A DNA stretch of 64,000 nucleotides, from the NCBI RefSeq assembly GCF_009914755.1, contig NC_060939.1, one strand, 5' to 3'. This stretch comes from the human T2T-CHM13v2.0 reference genome, Homo sapiens. This document shows, one piece after another, positions 55,341-64,000 of the stretch. Under the pieces are notes generated by a model. That model was not told the DNA's origin. It saw only the letters and a list, made by a program, of their open reading frames with translations, and did no database searches. A program made the translations under genes and the position numbers. The stretch's first letter is position 1. Every line of letters starts with the position of its first letter.

Positions 55341-57959
55341 TGTGGTGGGAGCGGGTGATGGTCCTCAAGTGGCACAGACCCACCGACCCATCAGCCTGGG
55401 ATTTGCTGCTTCCCATCTGGGACCCTGTGGGGAAGCTGCTGAGTTGGTCTTCAGGGAAGGAAGTATGGATGAATCAAAGGGTCTCGATGGCCACACCTGC
55501 ACTTGGGGACACATCTGATCCCCTCAGCCAATGTGGCCTGGAGTCCCAAAGTCTCCAGGTTGGAAGGAGGGTCAGAGGCCCCCGAACCAACTTCCTGCCC
55601 AGCACATGGGTCCTCTCACAGCAGCCTGGAAGTGAATGTCCAGGCATGGCCCAGACACCTGCACTGCTGGGATCTCCCCTACCCCTGGCTGGTTCTGATA
55701 GCTCCCACCACCTTTCCACACCTTGGTTCTACTGTACTCCATGGAATGTTCATGATTAAACATCAGTCCCCCTTCTCACCAGCATGGCCTCCACAGAGAG
55801 GTCCAAATTTCAAAATTCAAGCCACCAGCACCTGGTGGGTCATCGGTCCCACTTGACCACTCCAGGCAGCCTCACCTTGCACGTCCCAGGCCTGTTCTTA
55901 AAGACAGCCACAGCTGGGGATCCAGTGGTGGCCCTGTGCTCGGCCACCACTCCCTGTGTCAGGACACGGCAGAGCCCGGCCCCCGAGAGGAGGGAGAAGA
56001 TGCTGCTCCCTGAGTCAAGACTCCTGCCAGCCCCTTGGTTTGGAGCCTTCTTTCCTCTGTGGCTGTGCACCCTGTCCGTGCCCCCTTCCAGTTCCTTCTG
56101 CCTTCGTTAACCAGGGCTAGACACTAAAGCAGGCAATTCAAGTCCTCCCTAGTCTGGTGAACTCACAGCTGCACCATCTCTGGGTGGACCTATACCACCT
56201 CTGGGTGGTGTCTAAGATGAGAGGACTTTATCATCACAGTCCAATTTCCTCTGTACTGAGAGAACAGAGCAACGCAAGAGGAAATGAACTTCCCCAGGTC
56301 ACAGAGCCAGGCAGAACCCCCTAAACCCCAACCTGTCCCTTCCCACCGGCCTTGGAACCCTGAGTCAGGTGCCTCCAATATGAGCAGCCACCCACCAAAG
56401 CTCTCTCTTCTTCACTGACCATGCTTTGTGGGGAAGCCCGGACTCAACCAGACCACCACTCCTCCTAAACCCTTGAGGCTTATGACTCTCCAGCTGTGGA
56501 AATGGGACCAACGCCTTACAGGTTTTAGAGGAGAATAAATGGGACCAGAGACGTGCCAGCAGCTAACAGCTCCTGGATCAGAACATATGTGGTATTGACA
56601 ACCCCACACGGACAACAGTACCTAGGCCATGTCTAGTGACATCTCCACGGGCAAACGTAGCCAGCCTCCCTCCTCACTCCCAAGGGAGCCATTCCACCCA
56701 TGCTCTGCTTTCCTGATCACAGCTAGCAGGGTGCTATTCATCCTTTGATAAGAAAACAAATCAGCTCTGTTCTAATTAGTCAAAGTGAGCAAGGGAGTGC
56801 AAGGTCCTGACCTGCCATCATCCCACACACCCCATGTCACGGCAGCTACAAGATCCCACCCCTGGATCACAACAATCCCATTGCTGATCACACAGGAATC
56901 AAATCTGGGGGTGGAGAGAAGGGCACCTACTATGTACAAGGCTTTGTGCCAGGTATTCTCTTTAGCCCCACAGCAGCCCTGGGTCCAGAATCTCCTGCCA
57001 TCTTCGTCCCTTTCTCCTGCACTAATGTCATTAAGAGGGGACATTGTTAGAAGCATTTAAGCAGGACTCCCAGCCCCCTAGCACCTGTCCTGCAGACGCC
57101 TGACAGAGGAAGATAAATATATTTATAATATGAAGCAAAGGGAATAACAAAGAGTGTATATAGTTGTCTATGACAAAGCTGACAAGCCAAAGCCAGCAGC
57201 TTTAATCAGTTCCCAGCTGAGCCCAGGAAATCTACAGGAGCACAGCTCTGACCTTTTGGGCTGATTTCTAAAGGGAAGGTTAAAGTTTTGTTGCAAAGTA
57301 TTTTTTTTAATTTTAAATGAAAGAGGGGTGTAAGGTTGAATATACGTGCCAACCTCTGAGGTGGTAATAGGAACACAGGCACAGGATTTTATTTTAAATT
57401 AATCCATGAATGTACCTCCCGCTGTTGCCCCTTGAAATGTTTTGTTCTCCGGGTGAGACATAGCTTTTCCCATTTGTCGGATGAAATGTTCACTTGCGTG
57501 AATGACTTGCAAATGGGCTGAAAATGTATGTGGCTGCAGATTCCCAGATTCATTTTTGATAATAAAAAAAAATTGCTGGAAAAGGGACTAAATGTTTAAA
57601 ATCATTTTCACCCCTCTAGCCAGAAGCACTGCTGAGGACACCTGCAAATCCTGAGCTGGCATCACCCACAGGAATTCCTCTTCCTGTGTGCAGAGTGGAC
57701 AGTCAGGAGCTTCGTGTGGAAAGCTAATGCAATTTGGTTTAACAGTAGTCAACCATTTAAAAATTCTCCTATTCAAAAGGAAGGCTTCACCAGCTCACAA
57801 CCCCCTCTTCTCATCAGATGGAACCGTGTGGACTCAGCCTCAGCCCAACTTCCTCAGAGGCTGCCTGCTCTGCCCCTTGGGCTGGGAACAGAGCTGGTGG
57901 TGCCAGGTCCCAGAAACGCCTGCTTGCCTTAGGCACAGACAGCCCTGTGCACCCCTCCG

Positions 57960-58125
57960 GGGCCCCAAACCTGGCTGCACATCAGAATCATCTGGGGTTG
58001 CATGGAGGATCCAGGGTTCCTGGGCCCCCACTCAGCCCCACTGATGGGAATCTCCAAGCGTGGGGCCTGGGAAGCAGGATTTTTGAAAGCTTCTCCAGAA
58101 TCCTAATGAGTAGCCAGGCTAGGGA
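57960..58125 (+). mobile_element. MER5A-like MITE
   Basis: caaacctggctgcacatcagaatcatctgggg...cctgggccccca...ggggcctgggaa. Confidence 0.75.
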
Positions 58126-58499
58126 AGCATAGGCTTCAACAGTCCCAGCATGGTAAACAGCAGAAAAATCACCGGCTCTCAAATATCTCCTTCACCTTTG
58201 GGTACCTGAAGCCTCCCCCTTCCAAGGCCTGTTTCCATAGCATCCACATGAACCCACATTTTAAAACAGGCCAGACAACCAGCATCCAGTCTCCGCTTAA
58301 TATCTCAAAGTCCTCCATGCAGTAGCTTCTAAACTCTGTGTCTTTAGACGAGCTGAAATTGCACCTCTTTTAAAATGTCCTTACTCTTAAAGGGACAACA
58401 TTTTAAGCTGTTGTTTACACCTATGTCTCAATGAGGTTCTAATTTTTGCTTTGAGAGTTGATCTTCCTCTAGACCTTCCACGTTCCTGAACTTAGCTTG

Positions 58500-58670
58500 A
58501 GTAATAATGATTCTAAGTCTGTCAGGTTCACAGGATGTTTTCACGACCATGATCTCATTTGATTTCAAACAATTGTCTCACAGTTATTGCTGCCTCCACT
58601 TTCTAGATGAGAAAACTGAGGCTCAGGGAGTTTAAGAAATTTGCTTGAAGTCCATGTAGTAGAACTCACA
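58500..58670 (-). mobile_element. MIR
   Basis: tccactttctagatgagaaaactgaggctcagggagtttaag. Confidence 0.85.
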
Positions 58671-59420
58671 CAATGCCCAGAGGGCCTTGTCTTCCACTTG
58701 ATGGCCAGCGTCTGGCTGTGGTGGCACCCACTGTGCCCATCTTGAAATATTTTCCTTCCCCTCCTCTACTGCAGACCTGTACCCAGGAGCCACAGAGGTC
58801 AGGGAAAGACCAAGAACCTCCAGAAATGAATGACCCATTCCTAGTCCTGGGGTCTAGGGCTGTTTAAGATGCTTGGAATCCAACGTTTTATACATTGGAG
58901 AGGAAATCCTTTGAGGCTTTTCAGCACCCTGACTTGGCCCACAATAGTGGTCACTCTAGGCACACCCTCTGCATAACCCAGACCACCATTCCCAGCCACA
59001 GAAGGACACTCAGTGACCTACAGCGTGTGGGAGGATGGGAAAGGCAAGATTCAGTCATGAGCATTGGTGCTAGAGGGGCCACGATGGCACTTACTTCAGA
59101 CCATGAGGATAGACCTGGGGCCTGGAGACATGATCTTGGTGCAGTGGTACCTTCTGGGGACCTTTTGGGGAAGGGGGATGCTGAGGAGCTGGGAGAGAGC
59201 CCTGGTGGGAAGGATGGCCAGGACCTCACACCTGGGCTGGATTCTCGAAGGGTTAATTGAGGGAGACCAGTGAGGCCCTAGAAGAGGGTGCAGCGGTCAC
59301 CACAACCCACATGAGCTCTCTGTGGACAAGGCGAGTTGGAGTAACCATGATTCTTCTAGATCAGGAAAAGGCAGGAAACAGCATAAGAGATCTTCTGAAA
59401 GGTTTTGATATCTCTTATGA

Positions 59421-59664
59421 TGTGGTCGCTCCCTCTCCCCATTTTTCTTTGCTAATGGAACTCCAATTTGTCCATGTGATAGATGGAGACCCTTTCACCC
59501 CAGGAGCCAGCACCAGCCCCAAAGGCTGAGTTAAGATTGGAAAGCTCATCCTCCTTGGGTAGCCATGGTGTAAGGATGGGCACATGTTCCTATTCTGGGA
59601 GGGAGAAGTAGGCTAGAAAGGGCTTTGTTTCCTAAACAAAAGGACAAAGCCTCCCAAGGAAAAG

Positions 59665-59707
<43 letters not shown>

Positions 59708-59955
59708 CTTTCTGCCTAGAACGTGGATGTGATACCTAAGGGTGCAGCAGCCACCTTGTGATCATGAGGTAACAAGCCAACAGGCAAAGAACAGGAGAGT
59801 CAAAGGAGATAAAAGGCCTAGTTCCCCAGTGACACCGTGGAACCACTTCACCAGCATCAGACACTCAACCTCCAGATATCTTGCCATGTGAGAAATAAAT
59901 ACTCCCATTGGTTTAAAATACTCTAGTTGGTGAGTTTTACTTTTCCTGACTTGCA
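59421..59955 (+). mobile_element. MaLR LTR (MLT1J/K-like) containing (CT)18 at 59667-59702
   Basis: gcagcagccaccttgtgatcatgagg...cctccagatatcttgccatgtgagaaataaat...ttgcagctgaa. Confidence 0.75.
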
Positions 59956-60011
59956 GCTGAACTCTGTGCTGATATCACATCCATGAGGGTAAGGTAGAAT
60001 ATAATTTCTAA

Positions 60012-60085
60012 TGTCATTCATTCATGCATTCAATAAGCATTTATTGAGTGCCTACTATATGCCAGGCACTGCTCTAGGCCCTAAG

Positions 60086-60136
<51 letters not shown>

Positions 60137-60480
60137 GCCCTAGGAATTTATTCCTGCCCTTCTGCTCTATTCTACTAGGGAGGAAGAGGTGATTAAGAAC
60201 ATAAATAAGTAAATGATGTATCTGTTATGTGGTGATAAGTGCTAAGGTGAAAAATAAAGCTGGGAAGGGAATCCAGTATGCCAGAGCTAGAAGCAGGATG
60301 GCAGCTTAAACAGAGTGGCCTGGAGGACCTTGCTGAGAAGCTGAAATCTGAGCCTAAGTAGGTGAGGGAGAAGCCATGCAGGGATCAGGGGAGGAGTGCC
60401 CAGGTGCAGGGAAGAGAAGTCTAGGTGTGCCCACGAGGACAGCAAAGCCACCCTGGAGGCAGGCCCGTGGCTCGTGACAT
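60012..60480 (-). mobile_element. L2a 3' end containing (AC)22 at 60089-60132
   Basis: tcattcattc...atttattgagtgcctactatatgccaggcactgctctagg...gtggtgataagtgcta. Confidence 0.9.
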
Positions 60481-60821
60481 GAGGTCACAGCCTTAGCCCT
60501 CAGCCCTAGGTTCTTCAACTTTTTCTCAAAGACTGGGACAAACACCTAAAGTAGAAGCTCACAAGATCCTTGAATACGTGAAGTCAGATGGGATCAGATG
60601 AGGATCTCAGAAAATCTTGACAGGCCGGAGCAATGTACTGAGTGGGAGGAGGTGAAACATAATAGCGATGAATGTAAGGGGCTATGCTTCTCATCCAAGG
60701 GATCAACAGCACAGCAAAGACAGGCAGCCACACGGGTGAAGAAAGAAGCTCAGGAGTACCCTGTGGCAGGAAACCAGCAGAAGGATGTGTTCACTTGAGA
60801 AGCTGGTCACATAATCTCCAC

Positions 60822-61120
<299 letters not shown>

Positions 61121-61674
61121 ACCACCAACTTCTTAATGAATATGATTTAAGTGAGGATGAGCACTCAGAGGGACAAACACTGATTCTTGTGCTTCTAGGC
61201 ACTCAGTGAGCACCTACTATGTGCCAACCATGGTTCTGGGAAAACAGAAGTGCCCTCACGGAGCAGCAAGCCAGCAGTTACACCACCAGTGGCTTTCAAG
61301 TCTTTGAAAACAACCCACAATAAAAAGTATGCTTTGCATCATGACCCACTACCCACAAATACATGTGTGCATATACACGCGGAACTGAAACAAAAGCTCC
61401 ACAAAGCAATATTTACCTCTACTACAGAGGAGCCAATCTAATATTTTCTATTTTTCTGAGATGATTTGAGGCCCACGGAATTGATCCTATGACACACTTG
61501 CTGCCAGCAACATGAAAAACAGTGAACCATGCGTGATAAGTGCCACCATATGGGACAAACAAGTGCTGGGGAGCAAAGATGGGATCAGGGCCAACCACCC
61601 TGAGAAGTAAGGTTCAGGCTGAGCCCAGAAGAGGAGCTTGGGGACAATCAGGCAATTTTTAAAAAGAGAGTGGC

Positions 61675-62240
61675 CCGATGGCAGTGATGGTCGTGAAACA
61701 ACGTGAATGTGCTTACTGCCACCAAACTGCACACTTAAAAATGGCTCCAATGTTAAATTTTATGTGATGTATATTTTACCACAATATAAACATTAGTTTG
61801 ACTTGTAGAAAGAGAGAGAATGGCCCACAATTTAAATGCCTTTAAATAGGGTAGTGTTGTGTTGCTTTAGGAATATTATGCAGCACTGTAAAATAAGAAA
61901 CTTCCCACAACAAAAATGACGTTATGCCAAGCACAAGATGCTAGAGACAAAATAGTGCTTACTGTATGATTCCATTGGGAGAAGTTCAAGAACAGGCAAA
62001 AGTAATCTGTGGTGATAGAAAAACAAAACAAAACAAAACAAAAAAAACAATAGTTACCTCTGGGAGGGGAGAGGGCATTGATGCCAAAGGCACGAAGTAG
62101 CCTTCTAGGATGATAAAAATGTCCTGTATCTTGGTCTGGGTGGGGCCACACAGGTGTATCTATCTGTAAAGATTCCTCCAGCTGGACACTTAACACTTGT
62201 GCACTTTACTGCTTATCAGTTGTACCTCAACAGGAAAGGA
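61675..62240 (+). mobile_element. Two old L1 3'-end fragments (61675-61790; 61900-62240)
   Basis: aactgcacacttaaaaatgg...tatattttaccacaat; tactgtatgattccatt...aaagtaatctgtggtgataga...gtgcactttactg. Confidence 0.8.
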
Positions 62241-63849
62241 AAAGTAAGAAAAAATTTTTTCGAGGAAAAGAAATGAGAGAGAAAAAAAAGAAATCTAATT
62301 GAATTACTTCTCAGGTGGAGGTTAAGTTCAAAAGTCATCTCGAAAGGGTAACATTGCATATAGTCAAAATCACCCTGGCAAATCTCCTAAATCACCCACA
62401 GAGATTTGTATATGTAGGTATATTCGATCCTGCAACATACTGCTCATATACCCTGAAGTTTGAAAGCCACAAGATTCAACCAAAGCCTAGAACAAAGAGA
62501 ACGTGGAGACCCAGATGCTGAGGCCTGCAACCCCCAACGTCTACGGTTACCGCCACACCCATGTTGGGAAACAGAGGGCAGAGGGGGAATCTGGAGCTCC
62601 TGTCCACCCATCTGGGCTCGCTCCATCCTGCTTTAATATTCAGCCACCACAGTATGTTTTGTTCTATAGAACTGATTTGTGAGAATTAAATGAGCTGGGT
62701 TCTGAAGCTAGCAGAGAAGTTGCACATAACCATTACTCTATCTTTAGGCTCCTTCTATTTGGCTCCAAGGAGACTAAACAAGATGGAAACCCTAGGAAGG
62801 CCGATTTCAGCTTGGGAGAAGAAAGGGCTTGTGAACTGAAGTGGAGGAGCGCTCCAGTGATGGACTGGGCAGGTAGATAGTGAGTTCTCCATCAGCAGAG
62901 GGAAGGCACAGGCTGAAAATCTGTCACACCAGGTGACCTTTATAGGCCCTTTCCCGCCTGGAAGTTCTGAGCTGGCCAGCTGTCCTGGCTCCCCATCCTG
63001 GGCATGTCCCCTCAGCTCACAGCTGCCTTGACAATGAGATGTGGAGCTGGCTAGAGGAACCTGCCAGAAACTCCAGGTGGCTGTCCTAATAGAGGATTGT
63101 TCTGCCACCCCTGAGGATTTACAGCCTCCCTCCTGAGTTATGGGAAGGCGGGCGGAGCCTATAAAAAGATCCGTCCTGGCTGTGCAGTGCACGGGGCATC
63201 AATCAGTGGCAGCCTGGCCACTGGAGCAGAGTGAAGATCAGTCCTCTGGGCCTCACCTATAAATCCTCCCCGCATGCACACGAGGCACAGATGCGTCATA
63301 TTCGAGAAGAGCTTGTGCCACCGTTTTAATTCCAGCGATGTGGGTGGAGGGCAAGAGAGAATGAGGAAGAAGCAGGCCTAAATGTAGCTGTCCTCTGAAC
63401 TCACCTCTCACCCAAGCCGCCAAACCTCCCTCCTTCCAGTCCCATCCCTAAGCAAATGGTGTTGAGTGGGCAGATGAGAAAAGGTTGTCTACCTGGGGGC
63501 AGGGTTGTTGGATTTGCAGGGGTGGGGTGGGGTGGAGGTCCATTGTGGCCTGAACGAAGCTAAACCAGAGGTGGAGCCACCACACATGTTTCTGGAGGCT
63601 GGAAGTGCACCCCTTTCCTCCATCTTCTATTAGTGGCAGAGAGGTCTGATGGCAGAAGTTCAATGGATGGACAGAGAAGGGCCAGGCTGCCCTGGACTCA
63701 GAATTGTTGCACTGCACAGCTTGGAGTGCTTTTCACCTCATCACTGTGCCAATGGAGTTGTGCAGTACACAACCTGGATCGCTGCACGTGAGGGGCCTGC
63801 TGGATCTACATCACAGGTCTTTCTTCTTGAGAATAGGGTAGTGGAGAGA

Positions 63850-63980
63850 ATATTAAACCAAGAGTTAGGAGACCTGGGCCCAAGTTCTAGCTTCATCCCT
63901 GACTTGCCATGGACCCTGGGCAAGTGCATTACTTCTCTGAGCTTTATTTTCCTCACCTGTAAAATGGGGACAATAATCCT
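63850..63980 (+). mobile_element. MIR
   Basis: gaccctgggcaagt...ttcctcacctgtaaaatggggacaataat. Confidence 0.85.
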
Positions 63981-64000
63981 GTCCCACTGGACCTTTCTCA

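Larger units (their letters stand above)
59270..60810 (+). mobile_element. L3/CR1 relic split by MLT1 and L2 insertions
   Basis: aaaggttttgatatctcttatga (about 59400); gttcttcaactttttctcaaagactgg and aaaatcttgacaggccggagcaatg...gatgaatgtaagg (60500-60700) resemble the CR1 RT region. Confidence 0.5.

Overview
Primate, almost certainly human, genomic DNA lying entirely inside MEGF11, which is transcribed on the minus strand (human 15q22 from recall, not verifiable here). Three short coding exons with canonical AG/GT boundaries are present: exon 2 (27699-27804, ATG at 27796), exon 3 (23293-23394) and exon 4 (18475-18575). They splice in frame to [100 protein letters not shown], a signal peptide plus EMI domain. 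Exon numbering is from recall of the gene model; the non-coding first exon and the next coding exon were not found in the window. The rest is intron, dense in MIR, L2, Alu, old L1, L3/CR1, MaLR/ERVL LTR and hAT-MER relics, microsatellites and several TE-free homeodomain-motif clusters. Almost all of the supplied ORFs are spurious. There is no CRISPR, rRNA, tRNA or prokaryote-type system, and I see no evidence of a wholly new biological system. The best leads are hypotheses: (i) exons 2-4 would form a stop-free 309-nt circular ORF if back-spliced; (ii) intronic polyadenylation could give a secreted EMI-only protein; (iii) candidate retinal/neural enhancers; (iv) two clear template-switch mutation scars. 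Boundaries of old repeats are by eye (about +/-20-50 bp) and subfamily names are from recalled consensus sequences.
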